A program made the position numbers and the translations under genes. From contig CAVPRN010000005.1 in the NCBI GenBank assembly GCA_963707935.1, positions 1,426,837-1,490,836 on the forward strand: 64,000 nt of DNA, given 5' to 3'. This stretch comes from an uncultured Acidobacteriota bacterium. Lineage in GTDB: Bacteria > Acidobacteriota > Thermoanaerobaculia > UBA5066 > Gp7-AA6. Positions within the stretch are counted from its first letter, which is position 1. Each line of letters begins with the position of its first letter. Below the pieces are notes generated by a model that was given only the letters and a program-made list of their open reading frames with translations, searched no databases and was not told the DNA's origin. Below, in pieces: positions 44,795 through 54,551 of the stretch.

Positions 44795-45994
44795 TCATTC
44801 CGCCCTCAGCGCTTCGAGCGGGTCGAGCGCTGCGGCGCGGCGGGCCGGCAGGACTCCGGCGGCGAGCCCGACGGCGACGCTGACCGCGAGCGCCAGTGCG
44901 ATCGCGCCCGGCCGCGTGTGAAACGGGAAGGAGGGGCGCAGGAGGACGACGGCTCTTCCCGCGCCGACACCGAAGGCCACGCCGAGAGCGCCGCCCGCGA
45001 GCGAGAGGAGGGCCGCCTCGACCAGGAAGATCTTGAGGATCTGCTCGGAGCCGGCGCCGATCGCCCGCGCGAGCCCGATCTCGGAAGTCCGCTCCCCGAC
45101 CGAGATCCACATCATGGTCAGGATGCCGATCGCGCCGACGAGAAGCGAGATCGCCCCGATTCCTCCGACCGCGACGGTGACGGCCCCGAGGACCCGGTCG
45201 AGCACGTCGAGCATCTCCTTCTGGCTCGTGATCGTGAAGTCTTCCTCGCCGTCGTGGCGCTCGATGAGGACGCGGCGAACGCCGGCCTCGATCTCCGCGA
45301 GAGGAACCCTCGGGGAAAACGAGACGTGAATCTCCGACAGCTCGTCCAGATGAAAGAGATCCTGGGCGGCCGCCACCGGGATGTAGGCGCGGTCGTCCAG
45401 GTCGAAGCCGAGGAATTGCCCTTTCGGCTCCAGGACGCCGATCACGACGAAGCGTCGCCCGCCGATTCGGACGTGCTTCCCGAGCGCGCTCGTCTCACCG
45501 AAGAGCTCGCGCTTGACCCGCGGGCCCAGCACGGCGACCGGGGCTCCCCGACGGGGATCGCCCCCCGGCAGGAACCTCCCCTGCCGCACCGGCATCCGGA
45601 ACATCTCGGGCATCTCCGCCGTGACGCCCGAGACGATCACGTCCCGGCCTCGCTCGCCGAACTGGACGCGCGCCGAGCCGTAGGCGCCGCAGAGCACGAG
45701 CGCGACGCCGCGAACGCGCCGCAGGGCCTCGGCGTCTCCGATCGTGAGCTTGCGCACCGTCGCGCCGAGGCCCGGCAGGCCGCTCGTGGTGCGTTTCCCC
45801 TTGTTGACCGCGAGGATGTTCGTCCCGAACTGCGAGAAGTCGGAGAGGATCGCGCGCCGGGTCCCTTCCCCGAGCGAAGTCAGGAGGATCACCGAGGCGA
45901 TCCCGATCACGATTCCGAGCACGGTCAGGCGGGACCGCAGACGGTGCGCCCGGACTGCGCCCCAGGCGAGCCGTAGCAGGTCCCGCGAATCCAT
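44795..45994 (-). CDS. ABC transporter permease (MacB/FtsX-type)
   Basis: 399 aa. An N-terminal TM helix, a periplasmic MacB_PCD-like domain and a C-terminal FtsX 3-TM bundle. It is a paralog of the next gene. Confidence 0.85.
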   Translation of the reverse strand: MDSRDLLRLAWGAVRAHRLRSRLTVLGIVIGIASVILLTSLGEGTRRAILSDFSQFGTNILAVNKGKRTTSGLPGLGATVRKLTIGDAEALRRVRGVALVLCGAYGSARVQFGERGRDVIVSGVTAEMPEMFRMPVRQGRFLPGGDPRRGAPVAVLGPRVKRELFGETSALGKHVRIGGRRFVVIGVLEPKGQFLGFDLDDRAYIPVAAAQDLFHLDELSEIHVSFSPRVPLAEIEAGVRRVLIERHDGEEDFTITSQKEMLDVLDRVLGAVTVAVGGIGAISLLVGAIGILTMMWISVGERTSEIGLARAIGAGSEQILKIFLVEAALLSLAGGALGVAFGVGAGRAVVLLRPSFPFHTRPGAIALALAVSVAVGLAAGVLPARRAAALDPLEALRAE

Positions 45995-46000
45995 GAGCGC

Positions 46001-47197
46001 CTACCGCCCCGCCAGGGCCTCGACGGGGTCGAGCCTCGCCGCCCGGCGCGCGGGGATCGCCCCGAAGACCAACCCGACGAGGAGAGAGACCGAGAGCGCG
46101 GAGGCGACCGCCCAGAGGGGCGGCTCGATCGGAAACGCGGGGAGAAGCGCGGCCGCGGCCCGCGTCACGAGCCAGGACCCGAGGAGCCCCACCGCGCCGC
46201 CGGCCGTCGAGAGGAGCGCCGCTTCGATCAGAAAAACTCCGACGATCTGGCGCGCCGAGACGCCGACCGCCTTGAGGAGGCCGATCTCCCGGGTCCGCTC
46301 CGAGACCGACACGAGGAGGACGTTCAGGATCCCCACGCCGGCCACGGAGAGCGAGATCGCGGCGATCCCCGCGAGCGCCGCGGTCAGAAGCGAGAGGATG
46401 TGGCCGAAGGTCGAGAGGACAGAGTCCTGCGTGAGGAGCGTGAAGTCCTCCTCCCCGTCGTGGCGCTCCCGGAGGAGCGCGGCCGCGGCCCGGCTCGCGG
46501 CCGGGATTTCGTCGTGGGAACGGACCTCGACCAGGATCCGGAGGAGGCTCGTCTGGTTGAACATCTTCAGGGCCCGGGCGACGGGCACGTGGACCGAGTC
46601 GTCCAGGTCGATCCCGAGCGAGGCGCCCCGCGGCGCGAGCACGCCGATGACGCGGAAGCGGTCCTCCCCGAGGCGAAGCACTTTTCCGAGCGGGTTCTCC
46701 CTTCCGAAGAGCTCACGCGCCGCCTTCGGACCGATCACGCAGAGCCGGGCGGCGTCTTCCCGGGGCAGATAGCTTCCCCTCGCGATCGAGAGCCGCCGGA
46801 TCGGCGCGAGGTCCGAGGTCGTCCCGACAACGTCCACATCCCGGCGGCGGTCGCCCCACCGGGCGGTCGCGACCCCGTAGGAGAACGGAGCCGCGCGCCG
46901 CACGGAGCCGAGCTCGCGGGCGAGGGCCTCCGCGTCGGAGAGGGTCAGGTCGTGCGGCGCTCCGAAGAGGAGCCCCGCGATCCCGGTGGTCTCGGTCTTT
47001 CCCCGGGCGACGATCAGGAGGTTTGAGCCCAAGGCGGCGAACTCGCGGGTGACGTAGCGGCGCGCCCCTTCGCCGAGGCTCGTCAAGAGGACCACGGAAG
47101 CCACGGCGATCGAGACGCCGAGGAGCGACAGGGAGGAGCGCAGACGGTGGCCACGGAGCGCCCCGGCCGCGAAGGCGAGGGCGTCGCGCGCCGTCAC
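46001..47197 (-). CDS. ABC transporter permease (MacB/FtsX-type)
   Basis: 398 aa with the same architecture as the gene at 44795..45994. Confidence 0.85.
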   Translation of the reverse strand: MTARDALAFAAGALRGHRLRSSLSLLGVSIAVASVVLLTSLGEGARRYVTREFAALGSNLLIVARGKTETTGIAGLLFGAPHDLTLSDAEALARELGSVRRAAPFSYGVATARWGDRRRDVDVVGTTSDLAPIRRLSIARGSYLPREDAARLCVIGPKAARELFGRENPLGKVLRLGEDRFRVIGVLAPRGASLGIDLDDSVHVPVARALKMFNQTSLLRILVEVRSHDEIPAASRAAAALLRERHDGEEDFTLLTQDSVLSTFGHILSLLTAALAGIAAISLSVAGVGILNVLLVSVSERTREIGLLKAVGVSARQIVGVFLIEAALLSTAGGAVGLLGSWLVTRAAAALLPAFPIEPPLWAVASALSVSLLVGLVFGAIPARRAARLDPVEALAGR

Positions 47198-47904
47198 CGT
47201 CCCGCTCCCGCCGCGGCGACGCCGGAGGACACCGAAGTCTCTTCCGCGGCGATTCGCCCGTCGACCAGGCGCAGGCGGTGGCGGGCCCGCCGGCCGATCG
47301 CCGGATCGTGTGTCACGACCACGAGCGTCAGGCCCCGGGTATTCCAGTCCTCGAGCAGCCCGATGATCTCGAGCCCGGTCGCGGTGTCCAGGTTCCCCGT
47401 CGGCTCGTCGGCGAGGAGAAGCGAGGGGCCGAGAACGATCGCGCGCGCGATCGCCACCCGCTGCCGCTCCCCTCCCGAGAGCTGCTCGGCGCCGTGATCG
47501 GCGCGCTCGGAGAGCCCGACGGCCTCGAGCGCCGCTCGGACGCGCTGCGCCCGCTCGGATCGCTCGATTCCCGCGAACACCATCGGGAGCTCCACGTTGC
47601 CCGCGGCCGTCAGCCGGGGCACGAGGTGGTAGGTCTGGAACACGAACCCGATCCGGTGCCTCCGAATCCGGGTCAGCTCCTCTTCGGGCAGGCTCGCCAC
47701 CTCGCGGCCGTCGAGCCGGTAGGAGCCCGCGGTGGGATGGTCTAGACAGCCGAGGATGTGAAGCAACGTCGACTTCCCGGAACCGGAGGGACCCATGATG
47801 GAGAGGTAGTCCCCGTCCGGAATCCCGAGATCGATCTGCGAGAGCGCATGGACCGGCCGCCCCCCGACCTCGTAGTCGCGGCCGATTCCCAGAAGCTCGA
47901 TCAC
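47194..47904 (-). CDS. ABC transporter ATP-binding protein (MacB/LolD-like)
   Basis: The GTG at 47904 overlaps the upstream stop (GTGA). GPSGSGKST, LSGGERQRVAIARA and LLLADEPTGNLD. Confidence 0.9.
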   Translation of the reverse strand: MIELLGIGRDYEVGGRPVHALSQIDLGIPDGDYLSIMGPSGSGKSTLLHILGCLDHPTAGSYRLDGREVASLPEEELTRIRRHRIGFVFQTYHLVPRLTAAGNVELPMVFAGIERSERAQRVRAALEAVGLSERADHGAEQLSGGERQRVAIARAIVLGPSLLLADEPTGNLDTATGLEIIGLLEDWNTRGLTLVVVTHDPAIGRRARHRLRLVDGRIAAEETSVSSGVAAAGAGR

Positions 47905-49097
47905 CTTCCCGTCTCGGACTCGATCGAGACCCTCGCCCCGTCGACGACGCCCGCGCGGTCGAGAGAGACCACGACGAGGTCGCCGGCTTCCAATCCTTCG
48001 TGGACCTCGACGAACTGCCAGTTCTTCAAGCCGGTCCGCACCGTCCGGGAGGTCAGGCGGCCACCCTGCGCCACGAGCACCCGCCCCCCTTCCATCAACG
48101 AATCGGTGGGGATGCGCAGGACGCCCCCTCGGGCGTTCTCGATGATTTCGACGTCGGCGGACGAGCCCGGCGGGAGGCGCCGCGCGAAGTCGGCGTCGTC
48201 GAACTCCACTTCGATCTCGAAGGTCCGATTCTGATCCTCGACGTCCTGGACGTACGGCGCAACGCGGGTCACTCGGCCGGGGAAGACGCGGCCCGGGTAG
48301 GCGTCCATCGTGACGCGGACCGGCAGCCCCACGCGGACCCGACCGACGTCCACCTCGTCCATCGGAGCGCTGACGTAGGTCGCCCGGTCGTCGAGCAGAA
48401 CGATGACCGGCGGGATCGGGAGGCCGGGCGGCGACGGCGTGATCCATTCCCCCACTTCGGTCGTGACGTCGGCGACGATCCCGTCGAAAGGGGCGCGCAG
48501 CGCCGTCTTCTCCAGGTTCACTCGGGCGGCCTCGAGCCCCGCCTCGGATTGGCGGACCCGGGCGCTCGCCGCCTGGCAAGCCGCGGCGGCGCCGTCGCGG
48601 CGGGTCTGGAGCTGGTCCAGGATCTCGACGGAGACCAGACGCTCGCGAGAGAGCTCCCGATTGCGGGCGAGCTCCCGCTCGGCGAGCTCGGCCGCGCGGC
48701 ACGCTTCGGCGTGCGCGGCCCGCGCCGCTTCCAGGGCGCCTTGCTGCAGGTCCACTTGCGCCCGGAAATCCGCCGAGGCCACGCGCATCAGGAGCTCCCC
48801 CCGGCGCACTCGGACACCCTTGCGCGCCGGCAGCTCGGCCACCCGTCCTCCGACCTCGGAGGAGAGCGTCGCCCGCCGTCGCGACCGGATCGTGCCCGCC
48901 TTGCTGTTGGTCACGGTTTCTTCGACGCGTCCCAGCTCCGCGCGGGCCACCGACACCGGGATCGCCGAGGGGCGGAGGACTGTCCACTTGAGCGCCACGA
49001 AGAGCAGCGCGAAAGCCGCAAGGACGAGCATCCTCCGGACCCACCGGGGACTGACGCGGGCGGCGAGCCTCACAGGGAGCGGGAAGGCGTTCTCCAT
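47901..49097 (-). CDS. efflux periplasmic adaptor (HlyD/MacA family)
   Basis: An N-terminal TM helix, a coiled-coil hairpin (QQGALEAARAAHAE...ELARNRELS) and lipoyl and beta-barrel domains. GGAAGGAA lies before the ATG at 49097. Confidence 0.85.
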   Translation of the reverse strand: MENAFPLPVRLAARVSPRWVRRMLVLAAFALLFVALKWTVLRPSAIPVSVARAELGRVEETVTNSKAGTIRSRRRATLSSEVGGRVAELPARKGVRVRRGELLMRVASADFRAQVDLQQGALEAARAAHAEACRAAELAERELARNRELSRERLVSVEILDQLQTRRDGAAAACQAASARVRQSEAGLEAARVNLEKTALRAPFDGIVADVTTEVGEWITPSPPGLPIPPVIVLLDDRATYVSAPMDEVDVGRVRVGLPVRVTMDAYPGRVFPGRVTRVAPYVQDVEDQNRTFEIEVEFDDADFARRLPPGSSADVEIIENARGGVLRIPTDSLMEGGRVLVAQGGRLTSRTVRTGLKNWQFVEVHEGLEAGDLVVVSLDRAGVVDGARVSIESETGR

Positions 49098-49119
49098 GGT
49101 TCCTTCCCGGGCGACGCGA

Positions 49120-49578
49120 TCAGGCTCCGCGCGTGGTTCGCTCAACGAACGGCTTGCGGCGGGGCCCGCGCGAGGACAGGATCCGCCGCTTCCCTCTCGA
49201 GACCGGTCTCTCGATGCCCCGCCCGATCAGCTCGAGCAGGTCCGTCGTCGTCACGATCCCGACGAGTTTCTCGTCCTCGAGGATCGGCAGGCACCCGATC
49301 GAGTGGCCGCGCAGCCGGTTCGCCGCCTCCCGCAGGGTCATCTCGGGGTGGCCCGAAACGACCGGCGAGGACATCACGTCTCCGACGGTTTCGACCTGCC
49401 GGAGCGAACCGGCCCCGGCCACGTCCCGGTCCGAGAGGATGCCGATCACCTCACCGGCGTTCATGACGACCAGGTGGCGGATGCGGCGGGTGCGCATTCG
49501 ACTCCAGGCCGCCTCGGCGGACTCGCGTGGCGAGATGCTCTCGACCTGCTCCTTCATGACGTCGCGCAAACGGATCAT
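49120..49578 (-). CDS. CBS-domain pair protein
   Basis: 152 aa. VMKEQVESISP..IRHLVVMNAGEVIGILSDRDV..VMSSPVVSGHP..IGCLPILEDEKLVGIVTTTDLL. ATGA overlap with the USP gene. Confidence 0.88.
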   Translation of the reverse strand: MIRLRDVMKEQVESISPRESAEAAWSRMRTRRIRHLVVMNAGEVIGILSDRDVAGAGSLRQVETVGDVMSSPVVSGHPEMTLREAANRLRGHSIGCLPILEDEKLVGIVTTTDLLELIGRGIERPVSRGKRRILSSRGPRRKPFVERTTRGA

Positions 49579-50042
49579 GACGACCTCCTCGACGGGTGCC
49601 CGGATGGAACGACCAGGACGGGACACGGGGCGACGGCCACGAGACGCGCCGCCACGCTCCCCAGAAAGAGGCGCGAGAAGCCGCGTCGCCCGTGTGTCCC
49701 GACGACGACCCGGCCGGCGCGATGCGCCCGCGCGGCGCGCGCGATCGCCTCGTGTGGCGCGCCGCGCAGAAGGATGCCCTTCGCTCGCACCCCTTTCCGG
49801 CGGGCGCGTTCGATCAGCCCTCGCATCCTCTTCTCCGCGTCGGCCCGCATGACCGCGTCGAGCTCGTCGTAGGTCTGGGGCAGCACGTAACCCTCGGGCA
49901 CGAAGGGAACCGCCGGCTCGAGGGCGTGGGCGATGATCAGCGGCGACCGAGCGGTCCGCGCGAGCTCGAGGGCTTCGGCGAACGCCGACTCGGAGGCGCC
50001 GGAGAAATCGGTCGCGAGGAGGATCCGGGCTCGTTTCGTCAC
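49575..50042 (-). CDS. universal stress protein
   Basis: 155 aa. ILLATDFSGASESAF...VVVGTHGRRGFSRLFLGSVAARLVAVAPCPVLVV. Confidence 0.9.
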   Translation of the reverse strand: MTKRARILLATDFSGASESAFAEALELARTARSPLIIAHALEPAVPFVPEGYVLPQTYDELDAVMRADAEKRMRGLIERARRKGVRAKGILLRGAPHEAIARAARAHRAGRVVVGTHGRRGFSRLFLGSVAARLVAVAPCPVLVVPSGHPSRRSS

Positions 50043-50109
50043 TTGCTACCTCCGTTCGGGACTCGAGCATCCCTCATCGCGAGCATTGCCCTGCCGCCGC
50101 GGCAGCACA

Positions 50110-50125
50110 TGATTCAACCGCATCA
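50110..50125. promoter_or_regulatory. class A palindrome site (TGATTCAACCGCATCA)
   Basis: Exact TGAT-N8-ATCA. Its centre is about 75 nt upstream of the USP ATG at 50042. Confidence 0.55.
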
Positions 50126-50310
50126 GGAGGGTGGCGAATTTGTTCCGTACCGGCCGGAAGAAGAGGCGGAAGTCCTCGGACTCGGGATGCCGTTCTTCAG
50201 CGGCGCGCCGGCAGGAGCCTGGATTCTGCGTCATCTCCTCGACGGGTTGCATGAAGACTGCTTTCGATCTCCTCTCGGTCCTCTCGCCGGCGCGAACGAC
50301 TCGGACCCGC

Positions 50311-51138
50311 TCATGGAACGGCGACACAGTACCTCGCCCCTCCTTCCCGTTTCCCATCGTAGAGGGCGCGGTCGGCCTGCTCGAAGAGCTCGTCCGGGCC
50401 GGAGAAAGGCGGCGCGCTCGCGATGCCGATCGTGACGGTGACGCGGGGGGAATTCGTCCCCTCCTCGGAGCCGGACGCGAGCGATTCGAGAAGACCTCGG
50501 GCCACCCGGCTGGCGGCTTCCGTGTCCGCGCGCGGCATCACGACCGCAAACTCGTCACCGCCCCAGCGACAGGCCAGGTCCCCGACGCGCTTGTTCCGCT
50601 CGAGGCTCCGGGCGACCGCAACCAGCGCAGCGCTTCCCACCGAATGACCCCAGCGATCGTTCACGAGCTTGAGGCGGTCGACGTCGATGAGCAGAAGCGA
50701 GAGCGGCTCACCGTCGCGCTCGACCTCTTCGAGCTGACGCCGAAAGTGCCTCTCGAAGGCGCGAGCGTTCAATAGGCGCGTGAGCTCGTCGTGGTCGGCG
50801 AGGATCTCGTATCGGTCCCGGCTGCGGCGAAGACGGTCGGCCCGCAAGCCGGTGAGTCCGCCGAAGATCCCGAAGACCAGACAGGCGCCCAGGAGCATGT
50901 AGAGGTAGAAAAAAGCGTTCGCCCGGAACTCCGCCACGAAGGAACCGCCGCGCAGGATGTGGCGCAGGAGGAGGGCACCGGCGGGGGCGCCGACGCCCAA
51001 CGAGGCTGCCAGAAGGGCATTGCGGAGAGACGCCCGGAGTGTCCCGCGCCGCAGGAGACGGCCGCCCGCGAGCGGACGCTCCGGCGCCCGCCCCTGCGCC
51101 AGATCTCTTCCGAGACTTCCTGTTCGAGCGGACGGCAT
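50311..51138 (-). CDS. diguanylate cyclase (GGDEF domain) with an N-terminal 2-TM region
   Basis: LLIDVDRLKLVNDRWGHSVGSAAL..RWGGDEFAVVM..ADRALYDGKREG. The ORF is open up to 51399 and the ATG at 51138 was chosen, so the start is uncertain. Confidence 0.85.
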   Translation of the reverse strand: MPSARTGSLGRDLAQGRAPERPLAGGRLLRRGTLRASLRNALLAASLGVGAPAGALLLRHILRGGSFVAEFRANAFFYLYMLLGACLVFGIFGGLTGLRADRLRRSRDRYEILADHDELTRLLNARAFERHFRRQLEEVERDGEPLSLLLIDVDRLKLVNDRWGHSVGSAALVAVARSLERNKRVGDLACRWGGDEFAVVMPRADTEAASRVARGLLESLASGSEEGTNSPRVTVTIGIASAPPFSGPDELFEQADRALYDGKREGGARYCVAVP

Positions 51139-51429
51139 TTCCCTGTCGTCCGGGCTTCTCAACGGCGGGCCGCCTTGCGCCCGAAGCGCGCGCGCCCGGC
51201 TCTCATCCTTTGACACAGGCCATCGGCCGCCGGAACGGCTCGGAGCCGCCCCCTCGAATCTCGACGCGGAAGTTCCCGAACACGAGGCCCCGCCTATCGG
51301 CGATCGAGATGAGTTCGTTCCGGAAGGCCACGAGCTGCTCTCCTTGAAGTCTCGTCGGCGAGCGGGACGGTCCGGCCTCGTTCCTTCGCAGCCGGTCACA
51401 CGAGTCTAGCGCCATGGCGCGCCTGCCTG

Positions 51430-51445
51430 TTGATGCAAGCGAATC
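51430..51445. promoter_or_regulatory. class A palindrome site (TGATGCAAGCGAATCA)
   Basis: Exact and identical to the site at 2128. It lies upstream of the GGDEF gene and generates the spurious 'MMQAN' ORF at 51430..51807. Confidence 0.55.
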
Positions 51446-51757
51446 ATCTCCTGCGCCGCTCCTCTCGTATCATCGCGGTCGAGCGCGCGGCGAAGACGCT
51501 GACCAACATCCGCTCGATTTCCATCGAGAACTTCGAAGCGAAGGTCGAGACGAGCAAGATCCCGCGCTATCGCGTCAACGCAAAGATCTCGTCTCTCCTG
51601 GAGTGGACGGAGACTCCGGCGACGCGCCGGCGATCCTCCGCGGCGAAGGAACGACCTTCGTTCATAGGTCTTCCCGAGGCCCTGGGAGACGACATTCCCG
51701 GGGCTCGGCCGGCAGTCGGCCGGAGGGTCACCGTCCCGAGGATTGGCGTGGACGGGG

Positions 51758-53458
51758 TCAGAGATAGGCGTTTGCCGCGTACTGCTCGACCATGCGGTGC
51801 GTGTTGAAGAAGGAGGCGTTGAAGGCGATGGTGCGCCGCATGACGTCGATCCAGGCCGGACGGTCGCCGTAGTAGAGAGGGAGGATCACTCGCTCGAGCT
51901 TGTCGTGCAGCTCGGCCGCGTCTCGAGCGTTCTCCTCTTCGGATTCGGCAACCTCGCTGCCTTTCTCGGCGCCGATGGACCATCCGGTGACTCCTTCCAG
52001 ATGCCCTTCCACCCACCAGCCATCCAGAATGCTCAGGCTCGGGACACCGTTGTGGGCCGCCTTCATTCCCGACGTTCCCGACGCTTCCAGGGGGCGCAGC
52101 GGCGTGTTGAGCACGAGGTCGACGCCCGAGAGGATCAGCCGCGCCAGATCGATGTCGTAGTCCTCGAGGTAGACGACGGCCAGGCCGTCTCCGAGCCGCC
52201 CGATGGAGCGGAAGAGGCGGCGGATGAGCTCCTTTCCTCCCGCGTCCCGGGGATGGGCCTTGCCGGCCAGGACGATTTGAACGCGGCCGGCAGTCCGGGC
52301 GATCCCTCGCAGCCGCTCCGGGTCGGACAGGACGAGGTCGGCCCGCTTCCAGACGGTGGCCCGCCGGGCGAATCCGATCGTGAACGCATCGGCGTCGAGG
52401 ACGCGGGAGGTCCGCCGGCGCACTTCCTCGATCAGTTGCGCCTTGGCCTCGGCGTGCGCCCGCCAGAGTTCGTCCTGAGGGATCTGAATCGCATAGCGCA
52501 GGGAGAAAGGGTCGCGCGCCCAGCCTGGAATGTGGCGGTCGTAGAGACGCCGGAAGGGTTCGCAGGTCCACCGAAAGGAGTGAACCCCGTTGGTGATCGA
52601 GTCGATCGAATAGCCGGGGAACATCCTCTGAGAGACTTCGCCGTGCCGCTTGGCCACGCCGTTGACGTAGTGGGAGAGATTCAGGGCGAGCAGCGTCATG
52701 TTGAGGCGGTCCCTCCCTCCCAGTTTGCGGAGCTCCTCGTGGGGGATCACCTCCCCGAGAACCTCCGTCACGAGCCCGTAGTCGAACTGATCGTGGCCCG
52801 CCGGAACCGGCGTGTGCGTCGTGAAGACGCATTTCTTCCGAACGTCCTGGATGCCCGGCGCGACGGCGGACGAGTCGGGCTCCTCCGCCAGAAGCTCGAG
52901 TGCGAGCAGGCTCGCATGCCCCTCGTTCATGTGGTAGCGCTCGATCTGGCCGTAGCCGAGGGCTCGGAGCATGCGGACCCCGCCGATCCCGAGGACGATC
53001 TCCTGGGAGAGGCGATACCGCTCGTCGCCCCCGTAGAGCACGGCGGTCAACTCCCGATCGGACGGGGAGTTTTCGGGGACGTTCGCGTCGAGCAGAATGA
53101 GCGGAACGACGTGCCCCGCGATTCCGGCGATGTCGTATTGCCAGGCGCGAAGGGCGACCGGGCGCCCTTCGATCCGGACATGGACGATCGGCTCGAGCGG
53201 ACGGACCACGTCCTCCGGCTTCCAAACGACGGGCTCCTCGCTCTGGTTGCCCAGCGCGTCGAGCTTCTGGCGGAAGTAACCCTTCACGTAGAGCAGACAG
53301 ACTCCCACCGCCGGGAACTTCAGGTCGGCGAAAGAGCGTAGCGTGTCGCCGGCGAGCACGCCGAGCCCGCCGCTGTAGATCGGCAGGCGCTCGTCGACGC
53401 CGACTTCCATCGAGAAATACGCGATCCTGGCGGACTGGATCTCCGGTGCGTCGCTCAC
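51758..53458 (-). CDS. glgP: alpha-glucan phosphorylase (GlgP family)
   Basis: 566 aa and intact. AYFSMEVG..LPIYSGGLGVLAGD..HMNEGHA..VFTTHTPVPAGHD..NGVAKRHG..TNGVH..EASGTSGMKAAHNG (PLP-Lys region). Confidence 0.93.
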   Translation of the reverse strand: MSDAPEIQSARIAYFSMEVGVDERLPIYSGGLGVLAGDTLRSFADLKFPAVGVCLLYVKGYFRQKLDALGNQSEEPVVWKPEDVVRPLEPIVHVRIEGRPVALRAWQYDIAGIAGHVVPLILLDANVPENSPSDRELTAVLYGGDERYRLSQEIVLGIGGVRMLRALGYGQIERYHMNEGHASLLALELLAEEPDSSAVAPGIQDVRKKCVFTTHTPVPAGHDQFDYGLVTEVLGEVIPHEELRKLGGRDRLNMTLLALNLSHYVNGVAKRHGEVSQRMFPGYSIDSITNGVHSFRWTCEPFRRLYDRHIPGWARDPFSLRYAIQIPQDELWRAHAEAKAQLIEEVRRRTSRVLDADAFTIGFARRATVWKRADLVLSDPERLRGIARTAGRVQIVLAGKAHPRDAGGKELIRRLFRSIGRLGDGLAVVYLEDYDIDLARLILSGVDLVLNTPLRPLEASGTSGMKAAHNGVPSLSILDGWWVEGHLEGVTGWSIGAEKGSEVAESEEENARDAAELHDKLERVILPLYYGDRPAWIDVMRRTIAFNASFFNTHRMVEQYAANAYL

Positions 53459-53511
53459 ACGGTTTCTCCTGATCGAGTGCGGCCGTCGGCGACTCGCGCG
53501 GGCGGTGACCC

Positions 53512-53527
53512 TAATGCGTTCGGATCA
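53512..53527. promoter_or_regulatory. class A palindrome site, degenerate (TAATGCGTTCGGATCA)
   Basis: One mismatch to TGAT-N8-ATCA. It lies in the divergent glgP / CBS promoter, about 60 nt from each start. Confidence 0.35.
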
Positions 53528-53579
53528 CGACGCGCAGCTCCGGCGCGTGTCATTGTGGCCATGTTCTGGGAGGCCGGCC

Positions 53580-54077
53580 ATGAAAGTCAACGCGATCATG
53601 ACTCACGAGGTGACCCCGTGTGCGCCCGAGACGAGCCTGTGCGAAGCCGCGCGGACGATGCGGGAGATCGATTCGGGAGTCCTTCCCGTGCTTCGGAACG
53701 GCAAGGTTGTGGGGGTCATCACGGACCGGGACATCTGCATGGCGTTGGGAGAGTGCGAGCAGGGCGCGCCACGGATGAGCGTCGGCGAGAAGATGAGTCG
53801 CAGCGTGTTCTCCTGCTCCGAGGAGGACAGCATAGAGGAGGCGTTTCAGACCATGAAGGCCAAGCGCGTGCGCCGGCTTCCGGTTCTGGACGCGAAGCAA
53901 AGGCTGCGGGGCATGCTCTCGATGAACGACGTCATTCTCCACGCCGAGGAATCGGGCAACGACCGGGCCGTCTCATACGAGGACGCCGTCCGCACCCTGC
54001 AAGCCATTTGCGAGCACCGTTATCCCCCCCGGCCGAAGAAGCCGGAGGACGTGACGGAGCTTGCGCGATACGTCTAG
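53580..54077 (+). CDS. CBS-domain pair protein
   Basis: 165 aa. GGGAGG RBS. IMTHEVTPCAP..SGVLPVLRNGKVVGVITDRDI..VRRLPVLDAKQRLRGMLSMNDV. Confidence 0.88.
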   Translation: MKVNAIMTHEVTPCAPETSLCEAARTMREIDSGVLPVLRNGKVVGVITDRDICMALGECEQGAPRMSVGEKMSRSVFSCSEEDSIEEAFQTMKAKRVRRLPVLDAKQRLRGMLSMNDVILHAEESGNDRAVSYEDAVRTLQAICEHRYPPRPKKPEDVTELARYV

Positions 54078-54086
54078 GAGGCAACC

Positions 54087-54551
54087 ATGATTCCGAGCAC
54101 GGCCAAGAGCGATCGGCAGATCGAGCCGGACGTCCATCGGGAGTCCCGGTGGGTGGGCCAGACCGAGACCGGGGTCGCGGCCGACGGGGGCGTGAACGCG
54201 GTCGAGCCGCCGGGAGGCATCGAGCGGAGCGACATCGAGATCGCCCGAGCCGTCCGCCGCGCCTTCGAGTGGGACGAGTTCGTGCCCCGAGCAACGATCC
54301 GCTCGACCGTGTCCCGCGGATGGGTCACGCTCGAGGGAACCGTTCCGGTCCTCCAGCAGAAGGAATATGCCGAGCGGGTCGTCCGGCTCCTGTCGGGCGT
54401 CAAAGGGATTCACAACCGACTCGGCATCGCCCCGTCGAACGTGGATTCCGACGGCTCGCGCACGCCGTCAGACAACGCTCCGGGAATCCCCGGGGTTCGC
54501 GGAGCGTCTATCGAACGGAACCGGTGGCGGACGGGAAAGGAGATCCGATGA
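54087..54551 (+). CDS. BON-domain protein (OsmY-like); the C-terminal third looks degenerate or frameshifted
   Basis: DIEIARAVRRAFEWDEFVPRATIRSTVSRGWVTLEGTVPVLQQKEYAERVVRLLSGVKGIHNRL. The tail after about 54430 has no BON-like sequence in this frame. Confidence 0.65.
   Translation: MIPSTAKSDRQIEPDVHRESRWVGQTETGVAADGGVNAVEPPGGIERSDIEIARAVRRAFEWDEFVPRATIRSTVSRGWVTLEGTVPVLQQKEYAERVVRLLSGVKGIHNRLGIAPSNVDSDGSRTPSDNAPGIPGVRGASIERNRWRTGKEIR

Noticed and set aside
44795-49097. The MacAB-type efflux operon (adaptor, ATPase and two permease paralogs) has no outer-membrane factor gene.
   Set aside because: This is a common arrangement, since the OMF is often encoded elsewhere. I found nothing in the sequence beyond the standard architecture.
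51139-51399. The GGDEF ORF extends a further 87 codons upstream of the chosen start.
   Set aside because: The extension is Arg/Ser/Gly-rich with no TM or domain signal. The hydrophobic N-terminal region begins after the ATG at 51138. This leaves the palindrome at 51430 about 300 nt upstream of the start, so the true start remains uncertain.
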